Positions 1 through 13,489 of a DNA stretch of 64,000 nt are shown one piece after another (the stretch's first letter is position 1; each line of letters opens with the position of its first letter). The position numbers and the translations under genes were made by a program. The stretch lies in contig OX597827.1 in NCBI GenBank assembly GCA_951406725.2, positions 3,162,001-3,226,000 on the forward strand, given 5' to 3'. The notes beneath the pieces are model-generated. The model made no database searches. It saw only the letters and a program-made list of their open reading frames with translations, and had not been told where the DNA came from. The stretch comes from Octopus vulgaris (Eukaryota).

Positions 1-548
1 TTTTATCAACTAATTGTTTCAATTGATTATCTCAGTTGATTGAGGTTTTTTCCAGTTGACTATATATCATATGTGACACCCTACAGTAAAAATTCATTGA
101 CTATTGTTGATTTTATACTTGAAAAGAAACCAGAATAATCTAGAATCTCAGGATTTCTCTACAACAGGAAACAATAAAGTACCCAATGTCCCCCCTCTCT
201 CTATTTATCTATCTATCTTTTCGTCTATATACCTATCTCTTTCTCTTCTTGCAATCTCTTTGTCTCTCTCTTTCCCAAGGCATCTCACTCAATTTCTATT
301 ATTATCTATGTAGCTGCATCTCTTTCTTTCTCCCCACACTCTCTATCACTCTCTTTTAATTGAGTCTTTGCTACTCTCTCTCTATCTTCCTTCATCTCTC
401 CCCCCTTCTCTTTCATTTGGTTCTTTTGTATTTCTCTGCTGCTCTCATTCTTTCTCATACTCTGCTTCTCCCTTTGCCTCATTTGAGTTTATTGTTGCTC
501 CCTTACATTTTTCCCTTTCTTTTTCTCAGTTCTCTATCTGTCTGTCTA

Positions 549-593
<45 letters not shown>

Positions 594-859
594 CTTTCCC
601 TCTCTCTCACACGAACAGTTATAGATGATGTTATTGTTTCAGTAAGGTGGGCAGGACTGGATTGGATTAGAAGCTTTGAACCATGTAATGGGTAATGGTG
701 AGAAACTGTTCCATTCCATTCTCCTCTCCCCCTTGCTCCTCATCCCCCACTCATGCTACACTTTGCCCAAAACATGAATTTCTGTTCCTCCACACCCCTA
801 CACACAACAACCGCGCTCCACCACCAACTCCCTCCCTCCCTTGGCTTAATCTAAACACC

Positions 860-1880
860 ACAACCAAGACAACAATAACAACAAACAGCAACCACCACCA
901 CTGCAACCACCACCACCACCACCACCGTCAATAATGATATCAATACCATAAATACTTGTGCCAATACTAACAACATCACAATCACCATTAATACAATAAC
1001 AGTAATAACAGTCCCAAACCTACTTCTATTAAAACACCCTTCACTACTGCCACCATCGCCACCGCATTAGGCACCAAATTTGCCAACACTACCAGCAAGT
1101 ACCACTGCCACCACCATTAGTATAATGACCGTAATCACTATCATAATCATCATCAGCATCAGCATCAGCACCACAGCCACCATAATCATTATAACACCAG
1201 CATTATCAACAGCACTACAACCCAGACTTTTATAAGTGGGGGCTGCAAACAAATACTTTGTATCCAGAGCAAAGGAACAAGAATTTTCCTGGAATCTCAG
1301 AAAATGTTTGCTTATGTTGAAGACTAGCATTTATCAGAAAGGAAATCCTTATCTCTGTTCCCACCCACCGCATCCCCACCATAATCACCACTCCTGAAAG
1401 CACAACCAAAATCAAAATACCTAGTACTGTCTATTACCTCTCAAAGCCACCAATACCACCATCATAACACTGTCAGTCAGATCCACAACATTCAACGCTA
1501 TCAACACCACTACCACCACCACTACTACCATCATCATCATTATCACCACCATCATATCCATAGTGCTCGACATGACCATCAGCAACACTACCACCACTAA
1601 TGTCACCAACAAGACCAGCCTGACAACGACCACCATCACCACCACCACTACCATCATCACATCCACAGTATTCAACACAATCATCACTAACACCACCAAC
1701 AGTACCACCACCAGTACCACCACCACCACCATCATAATAATCATCATGACCATCCACTAACATCACCTGTAATCCTTATTACTATCACCACAACTGCAAA
1801 TACAAAACTACCACTACCACAACCATCTCAGCCCTTCCGTCACCATCACCCTAATCACTCTTTTATCATCAACACCACTT
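860..1880. repeat. Degenerate (CAC/CAT/CAA)n trinucleotide tract
   Basis: Directly visible. Produces the poly-T/V/H ORFs. Confidence 0.85.
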
Positions 1881-2401
1881 GGAGCCAATGTGGGAGCCTC
1901 TTCATTGATGTTTCTCGACCATTTCCATCCCATGCTCCACTTTGATTTAAAAAAGCAGGACACACGTCTCTCCCCTCACTACCATGAATGTCACATTGCC
2001 ATCATCATCATCATCATCACCTTGACATTACTGTTTCAAGTCTGAGGATTAATAAGGCAGGTTGCTCAGTTTCCGTAGTGTATAAATGACTCAGAGCACA
2101 ACATTCTCTCTGAAGAGGACCAAATCTATGTCTGTTGCAAGATTGCTCATTTTTGTCAGCCAAATGGACAGAAGCAATATAAAATGAATGAAATATCTTG
2201 CTCAAGAACACAACTCCCTACACAGTCTAAGAATCAAAACCATGATCTTACAATCCTAAGAGCCACACCCTAACCACTCAGCCATGAACCTTTCTCCATG
2301 AACAGATGTTTTAAAGGTTTTAATTAAAGTACTTTATTACAAGTCTTATTTGATTGTTACTTGTGCCCAATTCTATAATAATCCACATTCCACCAAAATA
2401 T

Positions 2402-2836
2402 TGGCAGAAACGTTTAGCGGTATTTCGCTAAACGGTATTTCGTCTGTCTTTACATTCTGAGTTCAAATTCTGTCGAGCTTGACTTTGCTTTTCATCCTTT
2501 CGGGGTCGATAAATTAAGTACCAGTAGCATACTGGGGTCGATCTAATTGACTGGCCCCCACCTTCCCCAAAAATTTCAGGCCTTGCGCCTAGAGTAGAAA
2601 AGAATATTATGGATGGATGTTAAAGTGGCCAGCTGGCAGAATCACTTGCATGCTAACCTAAATGCTTAGCACCATTTCATCCATCTTTACATTCTGAGTT
2701 CAAATTCCACCAGGGTGGAGTTTGCCTTTCATTCTGCCGAAGTTGATAAAATCAGAACCAGTGGAATCCTGGGGTCAATGTAATCAACTTACCCCCTCCC
2801 CTGAAACTGCCGGCCTTGTGTCAAAATTTAAACCAA
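2402..2836 (+). mobile_element. Two tandem tRNA-derived SINEs, family A
   Basis: A-box TGGCAGAAACGTT, B-box GAGTTCAAATTC, core GCCTTTCATCCTTTCGGGGTCGATAAATTAAGTACCAG. Recurs more than 15 times in the window. Confidence 0.85.
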
Positions 2837-4566
2837 TATTTTAAATGAATGTGGGTTATTTCATGAACACTTAAGCTGCTTGAAATAGCAGCTAAATCTC
2901 CCTCAAATTACAACAAGGTACGAATCCTTTCATACTTTAGACTCTCAACATCTGATACAAGGCTACTTAACTTAATACAAATCTCCTCTTCAGCTGAAGA
3001 GAGTCTTGTCTTGCAAGTGATTTGGTGACCTCACCAATGCCTATGACATGCAAAAAGCACTCAGTTATACTCTGTAAAGTGATTAGTATTATGAAGGGCA
3101 TCCAGCCATAGTAACCATGCCAAAACAGACACTGGGGGTTTTGTGTAGTCTTTTGGCTCACCAGTACCACTTGAACCAACTAAGCCATGCCAGGATGGAA
3201 AAACCTACATTAAATGATGATGATGACAACTACCACGATGATGATAATAATGGTTCCCTACACATCAGGAAAAAGATGGGATAGTCACAGCTGGAGAGCC
3301 TTTCATCACTCTTCTGTTCTATCTGGCTTAGCCTGGGACAAAACAACAAACACCCACTTCACCACCACTGCTACTACCACCACTATCATCATCACCACCA
3401 CCACTATCATCATCACCACCACCACTATCATCATCACCACCACCACTATTATCATCACCACCACCACCATTACCACCACCACCACTACCAACAACAACAA
3501 CATTTGATATTGTTGATCATTACTGAGGTATTTTCATTCTTTGATACAAAGAGGAAATAGGAGGCTGGGGACACAAAGGGAAGACAACGAAAGGGAACGG
3601 GGTGGTGGTGGAGCAATGGGATCTTCACAGCACTAGGGCGTCAATTAAACCCCTGCATTGTTGGGGACATCAAAAGAATTCCCTAAAAATTCTACAGGGT
3701 ATTTTATTAATGCTGGTATTGTCATAGATTTGTTATTGATGGTGTAGTTGTTATTGTTACTGTACCTGTGGTTGTTGTGAGTTTTGCTATTGCTACTGTT
3801 GTTGTTATTCATACTACAGTTGTAGTTAAGCTGCTGTTGTTATTCTTACTACAGTTGTACTTATTGTTGCTGTGGTTATTGTTATTGTTGTTGGTGTTAT
3901 TTTGTTTTGTAGTTTTCTATTTATTTTTCTCTGTATGTAGGATGCTTCTGCTGTTTTACTTGTTGTTGTTTAACCCCAGGTCTTCTCTGAGTAAGACACA
4001 ACCAAAGCAACCAACCATGACCAGCCCATCTATTATATTGTATCAGGCAAGGTTTGCTTCTAGGGCTGGTGCTGTCCCCCAACCCATGTATCCATCCTTC
4101 TTTTAAGACAGATAATAGGACGTAATTTCAGAGAAGTTTTGATCGAGCTACTATTTCTTGCAAATTGAATGACTACATAGAGGCCTTACACATTGGGATG
4201 TTGCATCTTTCGTTGTTGATGATGATGATGTTGATGATGATAATGTAGTTGTTGTTGTTATAGTACTTTTTATGGTCCTCTTTATTAATTTATATATTGT
4301 ATGTATGTGTGTGTGTGTGATGGGCTGGGAGAAGATGAGGTTTATTTCCTTGTTTGTTTTTGTACTGTTTGGTAGATAGGGACAGAGAGGAAAGAAGGGA
4401 AAGAGTGATAGAGGAGGGAAAGAGAAAGGGAGGAAGGGAAAGAGAAAGGGAAAAAGGAAGACAGAGAGAGAGAGAAAAAGAGAGAGAAATGAAAAGAAAG
4501 GTTTTCCTTATTGTCTAGTTTCTGTGTGTGAGCGTGTATATGTGCATGTAATATGTTCAAGAAAGA

Positions 4567-4603
<37 letters not shown>

Positions 4604-4984
4604 CGCGCCAGTGCATACGTCTGTGTGAGTGAACTAGTGATTGTTTGAAAGAGGAAGGAAGGAGAGAGTGTATGCGTGTGTGCGAGTGCGAATGTGAGCT
4701 TGTGAGTGTTTGAGAGAGGGAGAGGGAGAAAGTGCGTGCATGCGAGTGTGTGTGCGTGTGTGTGCCTTTGTGTATGTGCATGCATGTACATAGGTGTGTG
4801 TGCGTAAGTGTGCATGTGGCGTGTGTATGTATGTATGCATGTGCGCGTGCATGTGTATGTATGTGTGCATATGTGTGTGTCATCTCTCCATTTATTCCAT
4901 TATTATTCACTTGAACAAAATTTCAAAATTTCGCTTCATTACATTTCAAAGATTAACTGGTGCACGACTCTTCTATGGAACATT

Positions 4985-6500
4985 ATGCCGTACTGTAGTA
5001 TAAGGTTACCCTACTGTACAGTAATATAAAGTTACTGTATCATATTCAACTATAAAGCTATTGTACTGAACTGTACTATAAGGTTATTGAAATGTACTAT
5101 ACTGAAATGTACTGTAAATTTACTGCACTGTACCAAATTATAAATTTATTGTACTGCACTGTACTGAACTGTACTGAACTGAACTGTACAATAAGGTTAC
5201 TGTACCATGAGGTTACTGTACTGAACTATAAGGTCATTATAGTGTACTTTATAGGGTTACTGTACTTAGCTGTTAGGCTACTGTACTCTACTATGATATT
5301 GGTTTCGAATTTTGGCACAGGCTAGTAATTTCCAGGAGAGGGGATCAATCCCAGTGCTCAACTGGTATTTATTGATCCCGAAAGGATGAAAGGCAAAGTT
5401 GAACTTGGTAGAATTTGAACTCAGAACGTAAGGAAAAACGAAATACCACTAAGCATATTTTCCCAGCATGCTAACAATTCTGCCAGCGAATGATAATAAT
5501 GGTTTCAAATTTTGGCACAAGGGAAGCAATTCTGAGGGAGGGGGTAAGTCAATCATATCGTTCCCTTGCTCAACTGGTACTTAATATATTCTTTTTCTAC
5601 TCTAGGCACAAGGCCTGAAATTTTGGGGGTTGGGGCCAGTTGATTAGATCGACCCTGGTACGCAACTGGTACTTAATTTTCGACCCCGAAAGGATGAAAG
5701 GCAAAGTCGACTACAGCAGAATTTGAACTCAGAATGCAAAAACAGATGAAATACCTCCAAGCATTTCACACAGTGTGCTAACGTTTCTGCCAGCTCAGTG
5801 CCTTTAGTACTTGATTTACTGACACCGTAAGGATGGAAGGCAAAGTTTACCTCAACAGAATTTGGACTCAGAATGTAAAGATGGATGAAACAGTGCTAAA
5901 TATTTTGTTAATGATCCTGCCAGCTCACCGTCCTATTGTGCATACTGATATTGGTTTCAAATTTTTGCCAGAAGGTCAGAAACTTTGAGAGAAGGGGTTA
6001 AGTCAATTACATCAACCCCAAGTGCTCAACTGGTACTTCTTTTATGAAGTCGAAAAGGATGAAAGGCAACATCGAATTTGGTGGAATTTGAACTCAGAAC
6101 ATAAAGACAGAAGTAAAACTGTTAAGCATTTCACCTGACATGCTAACAATTCAGCCAGCTCACTGCCTTACTATAATACTATTATTAGGTAAAGTTAGAT
6201 AGTGTACTGAATTATAGAGCTACTATACTGTACTGCTCTGAACTCCAAGCATACTGTAATGCAAGGTTACATACTATACTAGGCTATAAAGTTAGTACAC
6301 TATATTGAACTATAGGGTTACTGTATTGTAATGTTAATGCACTGTACTATAAGGCTACTGAACTGTATTGAAGAGGACTATAAGGTTATTGTACTATAGT
6401 GAATTGTACTATAAGCTTACTGTACTGAACTAATCTGTAAGCTTATTATTACTTAATTATACTACAGGCCAATGTACTATACTGAACTGCTCTGAATAGA
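4985..6500. repeat. Degenerate pentamer satellite (ACTGT/ACTGA/ACTAT)n split by the SINE cluster
   Basis: Repeated GTACTGAACT / AAGGTTACTGT units at 4985-5295 and 6170-6500. Confidence 0.75.
5297..6170 (-). mobile_element. Head-to-tail cluster of about five family-A SINEs
   Basis: Repeated GAAAGGATGAAAGGCAAAGT...GAATTTGAACTCAGAA units. Confidence 0.85.
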
Positions 6501-6823
6501 ACTTTTCTATGGCATTTCAATGAAGTATTCACAAACTGCCTGCCTCTAAATACTAAGGTAAATACCAGACTGAAGGAAAAAGAAAGGAAAAAACATGGAA
6601 AAAAAGAAAGGAAAAAGGGAGGAAGACCAGAAAGAAGGAAAGAAGAAAAGAAAGAAAAAGAAGTAATGAAAAGAAAAAGATACTTCTTAGATAAACATAA
6701 ACATAAAATGGAAAAATTAACTATTGTCTTTTATCATCTACTTATTTCAGTCATTAGACTGTGGCCATGCTGGGGCATCACCTTGAAGAAATTTTTGTTG
6801 AAAGAATCGCTTCCAGTACTTAA

Positions 6824-6901
<78 letters not shown>

Positions 6902-6903
6902 GA

Positions 6904-6945
<42 letters not shown>

Positions 6946-6949
6946 GAGA

Positions 6950-7158
6950 GTAAGCTGGCAAAATCATTAGCCTTCCAGACAAAATGCTTCATGGCTTTTT
7001 GTCCGTCTTTATGTTCTGAGTTCAAATTCCGCCAAGGGGTTGACTTTGTCTTTCATCCTTTCAGGGCTGATAAAATAATGTACCAGTTAATCCTTTGGGT
7101 CAATGACTTACGCCTTCCTCTAAAATTTCTAGCCTTGTGCCAAAATGTGAAACCAATA
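6950..7158 (+). mobile_element. Family-A SINE
   Basis: Same A/B boxes and core. Tail CCTTGTGCCAAAATGTGAAACC. Confidence 0.8.
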
Positions 7159-7199
7159 TTAAGAGGGAGGGCTGGTCAAACTACTAATCCCTTTTTTTT

Positions 7200-7406
7200 G
7201 TATTTGTATTTCTTTCAGTCATTTGACTGGACCCATGCTGGAGCACTGCCTTTAGTCGAACAAATGTACCCCAGAACTTATTCTTTGTAAGCCTAGTACT
7301 TATTCTATCAGTTTTTTTTTGCTGAACTGCAAAGTTACAGGGACATAAACACACCAACATTGGTTGTCAAGCAATAGTGGGGGGCACAAAACAGACACTC
7401 AAACAT

Positions 7407-7443
<37 letters not shown>

Positions 7444-7990
7444 CAGGCTTCTTTCAGTTTCTGTCTACCAAATCCACTCACAAGGCTTTGGTCAGCCTGA
7501 GGCTATAGCAGACGACACCTGCCCAAGGTGCCATGCAGTGGGACTGAACCCAGAACCATGTGGTTGGTAAGCAAGTTGTTTACCACGCAGATTACTTTTC
7601 ATTTTTTTCAGTCATCAGTTTGTGGTCATGCTGGGGCACCTCCTTGAAGAGTTTAGTCAAACAAATCAACTCCAATACTTTTCTCTTTTAAGTCTAGTAT
7701 TGGTCTCTTTACCTGAGCTGCTATTTTATGGAGATGTAAACAAACCAACACCTGCTTGTCAAATTACAGTGGGGGACAAAGACAGGTGCACGTGCACATG
7801 TACATGCACACATACACATGCATGTGCATTAGCAGCAGCAGGCATAGCTAACAGGCACAGGCATGGCTGTGTGGTTAAGAAGTTTGCCTCACAAGCACAT
7901 GATTTTGGTTCAGTCCCATTGTGTAGCACCTTGGGCAAAATGTCATCAAAACCATGCAAGTGGATTGGTAGATGGTAAAGGAAGGATTCC
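7200..7990. mobile_element. Cluster of family-B SINEs (two minus, one plus partial)
   Basis: Matches 31412-31815. Confidence 0.8.
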
Positions 7991-10096
7991 TGTATATATC
8001 TGTGTGTGTGTGTGTGTGTGTGTGTGTACACATATGCATGATTGCATGAGTTTGTTTAACATTAGAGTCTCAGGAAATCACTGAGCAATATGTGGTGACA
8101 TTCTTGTCATTTCCCTCTGTCTTCCGACTTTATATCTTCAAAGACAGATCAATAAGATGTCTCTGACTTAAAAGACAGCCAGAAATTAGTATCTGGTTAT
8201 ATAAGCAGTAATATATTCACCCAATTCATAGTAACATGAAAAACTGAGCTTAACTAATGATGTAGATGCATATAATACAATGTATAATACATATTACAAC
8301 TGTCAGCCTATTTCTGTTCAAAAATGTGAGTTTATTAATCATCAGGTTTTGTCATTCATCTTCATCATCATTTAACGTCCATTTTCCATGATGGTATGGG
8401 TTGGAAGCTTCAACAGAGGGGGATGAGCCAGAGGACTGCATCAAGACTCAATGTCATCTTTGGAAATGGTTTCTATGGCTGGATGCTGTTGTTAATACCA
8501 ACCACTCTACAGAGTGTCGTGGGTCCCTTTTACATGGCACCAGCACCAGTGAGGTCACCAAGTAACTGACAAGACAAGAACCACAACCGAGAGAGTAGAA
8601 CATTGAAGGAAGTGGCTTTATATCTGGTGATGAAAGGTTAAAGAGAGGACAGACGGACAAGAACAGGTGTCCTGTTGTAGAGAAGATGAATTGTTGTTCC
8701 ATTGGTAAAGAGAAAAGATTGTGGTGAGTATAGAAGAAGTGGTACAGAAGATCGGACTGTGTGAGTTGGTAGGTAAGTAAGTTTGCTAGAATTCGAAAGG
8801 AGAGTAATTTAATACATAAGCATCTGCATTTAAAAAAAAACTCCCAGAAAAAGAATAGTTATTTCATGAAATTAGGCAATGTTCTTATTAGAGAGATGTA
8901 AGAGATGGTACAAAAATTAAAGAAAGAAAGAATGAATAAAAAGAAAGGAATAAAAAGAAAAGAAAAAGGCTGACAAACTCTTGACAATCATCATTTGTAG
9001 TTTTCTAGAAAATGGTTTGTGCATTGTTTTCTCAACAACCTCAGTATTTGCAATATATATTTCTTTCTGTTCTTTTTTATTTTCGTTTTTTTTTTTTTAA
9101 GAAGAAAAAAGCAAAAGTTGTTTTATCAATATGGAGACTTATAATACGAGGCTTAAAAGATAAATATTACTATAATGATATTAATAAAATATGAGATTAA
9201 AGTTATATCATATTAAATATGATGCTTGAAAGATAAGAAATGTTATTATCAAAGTATTAAGAATTTTAAGTATTACATTAAAAATAAAATTTGAGTATTT
9301 AAACGTTGGTAGTACGAACATTCATATGCACTGGCGACGTGGTTTGAATTGTTCAAAGGGGTGGATATAAAAGCAAATGGGTAACTAGTTTAGCAGAAAT
9401 ATGCGACTAAATTATGCATCTCATAAAATGGATAGTTATGTTCATACAATAATTACAATTTTTAAAACATTCATACTTGTTCTGCAATCTCTCAAAGGTA
9501 ACTAACTACATTATTCTGATGTCTGTACTACAAGTCAACCTTTATTGTCAGTATAAATATATAGAGATGAGCAGTTATGGCGATATGCATGCCAAATGTA
9601 CAGAAATATGTCAAATGCAAGGTATCAATTTTTTCAGGGGTATTGTGAATGCAAAATAAAAATGTTGTGGTGTCAAGATGATGTTGGTAGGTAACTGTAA
9701 ATATTATGCACATACAAGACAAATATTTATGTTCTGTATATTTTGTACCAAATTGCAGTAATTCATTCTGAGAGGTTCTTAATGAAAGTGACTGTTGTTT
9801 TTTTTTTTCAAATAATATTTTATTTGTTTCTCTTGTAAGGAAATTGCAAGGTTTTCCATTGCCACAGTAAGATTTTGCTTTCTTGGTGATGCTCAATTTT
9901 ATATCTTACAGTTAAGATTACTTTACAAGCCAGTATATAAGATAATGAAATGTCTTCAATGGGGAAATGTTGGATGTAGTAAAGTTTGAATTTAGTCCAA
10001 TATATATATATACGTAGTGGGTGACAAGATCCAAGTCCAACTTTTCCTTTGCAAAAATAAAGCATGTATGTATAAATATATATATTATATATAGAA

Positions 10097-10132
<36 letters not shown>

Positions 10133-10139
10133 GATCAAG

Positions 10140-10658
10140 TAGGTACTGTAAATTTAGAGTGAATACTTGATAAGTGTGCGCACCTGTATATGCCAGATAG
10201 TGGCAGAGGTGAGAGAATATATCAAATATAAATTATAAACTGAACACAAAGGATATCATGGTACACGTGTTTCAAGCTTTATAAACAATCCGTTATTACA
10301 TCAGTGTATTATTGATATAAAAGATGGTTTAAAGCTCTCTTCAGCCGCAAACATTGTTAGTCCAAAGAGTTACATCACAATATAAAAAGTACACGTAGTA
10401 TTACCCATTATAATAGGTTTATCATATCTCCTTGAAAAAGTATATTTGTATAAATGTATAAAGATTCATTGGATTTCAAAAATCTGCCCATACTGTACTG
10501 TACTCTTTCAGCATAGAAAGAGTACATGCTGAATGGTGGTACAGTAAGGGCAGATTTTTGAAATCCAATGAATCTTTAAACATTTATACAATTATACAAA
10601 TATACTTTTACAAGGAGATATGATAAACCTATTATAATGTACTTTTTATATTGTGATG
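10140..10658 (-). mobile_element. Penelope-like element terminus with hammerhead motif and fold-back arms
   Basis: Minus-strand CTGAAGA-stem-GAAACACGTGTA at 10262-10344. Inverted arms 10373-10498 and 10539-10658. Confidence 0.55.
10257..10349 (-). ncRNA. Type-I hammerhead ribozyme-like motif, catalytic core intact
   Basis: CUGAAGA, long stem II (GAGCUUUA/UAAAGCUU and further pairs), GAAA, short palindromic stem III (C-ACGU-G), GUA triplet. Stem I is weak (GG/CC plus a mismatch). Confidence 0.6.
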
Positions 10659-11245
10659 CCACCCTTAGCCACTGGCAAAAGTGGTTCTTCACCCTAAAAT
10701 AGTCTTGCTTTGCATCTGGTGGGATTGGAAAGGAATTCTGTACTATGAGCTTCTCCCAAGTAACCAGACAATTAATTCTGAGAAATACTGCACACAACTG
10801 GACGAGTTAAAAACTGCAATTCAAGAGAAACGTCCAGAATTGGCCAACAGGAAGGGTTTTGTTTTCCAACATGATAATGCAAGACCGCATGTTTCTTTGG
10901 GAAACATAGAAAAAAATTGCTGCAGCTCGGCTGGGATGTATTACCCCACCCTCCATATTCACCAGATATTGCTCCTTCGGATTTCCACTTATTCAGGTCT
11001 CTGCAGAATAGTCTTAATGGTAAAAATTTCAATTCCTTGGATGACATAAAAAGACACCTTGATGAATTCTTTGCCCTAAAACCACCTCAATTCTGGGAAG
11101 AGGGTATTTTCAAGTTAAAGAAAAGATGGAGACACATTGTGTAACAAAATGGTTCATATTTGGTTGATTAAAAATGTAATGGCAAGTATTTATTGACCTT
11201 TTTCTTTCCTTTAAAAATTGGCACGAACTTTCCGGACAACCCAAT
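10659..11245 (+). mobile_element. Mariner (DD34D) transposon, 3' half with terminal inverted repeat
   Basis: WWDWKGILYYELL...QHDNARPH, then a frameshift in an A-run near 10910, then LGWDVLPHPPYSPDIAPSDFHLF...GIFKLKKRW. Ends in GCACGAACTTTCCGGACAACCCAA followed by TA. Confidence 0.92.
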
Positions 11246-11495
11246 ATATATTATATACACACACACATATAAATATATATATATATATGTATGTGTGTGT
11301 ATATGTTTATGTGTTTGTCCATCCAACATTGCTTGGCAACCAATGTTTGTGTGATTATGTCTCCGTAACATAGCAGTTCAGCAAAAGGAACCAATAGAAT
11401 ACGTACTGGTGTTGATTTGCTCAACTGAAGATGATGCTCCATCATGCCCACAGCCAAATGGCTGAAACAAGCAAAATAGTAAAAGAGTATATGTA

Positions 11496-11552
<57 letters not shown>

Positions 11553-11629
11553 GGGCAGAACCAACATCAGTGCTGAACCAATGTGTGTGTGTATAAACAC
11601 ACACACACACATGCACACCCATCAGCAGA

Positions 11630-13300
11630 AAGTGACAAGAAATGACTTGAGGAATGAGAGTCTGGTACATGGTATTCATTGTACTGTGACTTGATATGAA
11701 GTCTTTGAGCGTTTTTGAAACTTTCTACTGATGAACATAACAATAAGTGGGTTGGTGTCGAGGCAAAGGGCAGATGGAGAGCAATTCATGTAGTGTGAGT
11801 GTCTTGTCTCATTGGACAGGTGTAATTCATGATAAACACAAAATGGAACCAAGAACCCAACATCGATCGAATCATTCTCATAATGAAGAAAGAAAGTTCC
11901 TAGGCTACGGGATTGTCATAGGGAACCCTGAGGAGGTAACTGGAGAACTAATGGTTATGCACAGCAGGTTGGAACTGGAAGGCCTGGATTCCACTAGCTG
12001 TCACCTAGTGAATGGTCTTAAGTAAGACTAACTCTTGTTGGCAGCAGCAGTGGCTTTATCTTGTATCCAAGAATTTAGTTTCTTCTTTGCTGAATGCTTC
12101 CTATATGATGATGGAGTTGATGATTAGGTAGACCAATTCTTGCTCAGAAGAGCCAATTGCATTGATTGCATGGTAATTTTAGTGGAGGACGAGTTGGATT
12201 TTGTCAAACATTTCTCTCCTGTCATTTGATTTTTTTCCTTTCCTTTTATGCTAGCTTTGAAGATTTTGGTTCCGATGGTAACAGAACTCTGCCACTTGGT
12301 ATGGTCTTTATAGAAATTGAAGAAATAAAGCACCGTGTTCAGAGAAGTTTACGAGGTCTGTATGATTTTTGATGAAGCCTTGGAAGAAAAGAGTAATGAA
12401 ACTGCTCTTATTTCTTTATTGCCCACAAGGGGCTAAACATAGAGGGGACAAACAAGGACAAAGGGATTAAGTTGATTGCATCGACCCCAGTGTAAAACTG
12501 GTACTTAATTTATTGATGAAAGGCAAAGTTGACCTTAGCGGAATTTGAACTCAGAATGTAAAAACAGACAAAATACCAATAAGCATTTCAGCTGGTGAAT
12601 TAATTAATGATTCTGCCAGACAAAATACTGCTAAGCATTTCGCACAGTGTGCTAACGTTTCTGCCAGCTCACCGCCTTTAATGCAATGAAACTGCTCTTG
12701 ATAAACCTAAGACCACAGAGGAAGATGTAGTTAACAGGTTAGGTGAAGATAGTAAAAACTAGGATTTTGATACAGGAGCCATGGAGTATAGTCGTAGACA
12801 CCTAGCACCCACAGTACAGTTACCATCTGATCAAGAAGACAATAAACGGGAAATACTTGAAAGATTAAATTGATAGCATGAGGGAGTCAGCAGCATCTTA
12901 TCAATCTAGAGTTTGTTGAAAGGAAAACTGTGTAGTTAATCCATGAAGTTCAATAGTCCTGCAGGATGTACACACAAGCAAGATCACAGAACTATGAGGT
13001 TTGCTCAGGGGAGGAGCAATTATAGTAGAAGAATGCATAAATGCTAGGCAGAAGAACAAAGGAAAGTACAATGAACTTCAGTCAAAGAGGTGAATTGAAC
13101 AAAACACAGCAACTCTGAGAGTCCTAGGAAGATTGAGAATTGTATAAGGGTTTTGGAAGAATGCCAAGGAATATGTGCAAAGAAAGGAAATTCAGCCTGA
13201 AAAAGAAGGGTTTCTAAACAAAGATGGAGAAAATTAAGATCTGAGTTTCCAGTAAAGCAATGAAAGTCAGATGGCTCTCAATATGAATAAAATATGCTTT
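11630..13300 (-). mobile_element. Ancient LINE remnant (CR1/L2/Jockey-like), interrupted by a SINE at 12410-12684
   Basis: Only faint minus-strand motif echoes (PHGS-like QGS box, terminal YQTLIP). Heavily decayed. Confidence 0.35.
12410..12684 (-). mobile_element. Family-A SINE (Tx1-type tail) with 15-bp TSD
   Basis: TSD AATGAAACTGCTCTT at 12395-12409 and 12685-12699. Confidence 0.88.
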
Positions 13301-13489
13301 TTTGTTCAAACTGTTGGCAGTCTTACAGGGATTTGTGATGTGAGGCCAAAGAGTGTGTAGCCCCCTGATCTGGAAGAAGTGGTTTCAGCCAGTGGCATAT
13401 AACAGGGATACAAAATAGTTAGTATTAGTGAAAGTGGAGCAAGGAACCAAGGCTGTGAATCAACAGAATCCAGTCAATAGAATGTCTGA

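Noticed and set aside
1067-1766. Mucin-like Thr-rich, poly-Val and Gly/Asp ORFs
   Set aside because: They come from a degenerate trinucleotide tract open in several frames on both strands, with no splice or start support.
10681-11144. SETMAR-like domesticated gene
   Set aside because: Frameshifted, 5'-truncated and ending in a TIR: an ordinary mariner relic.
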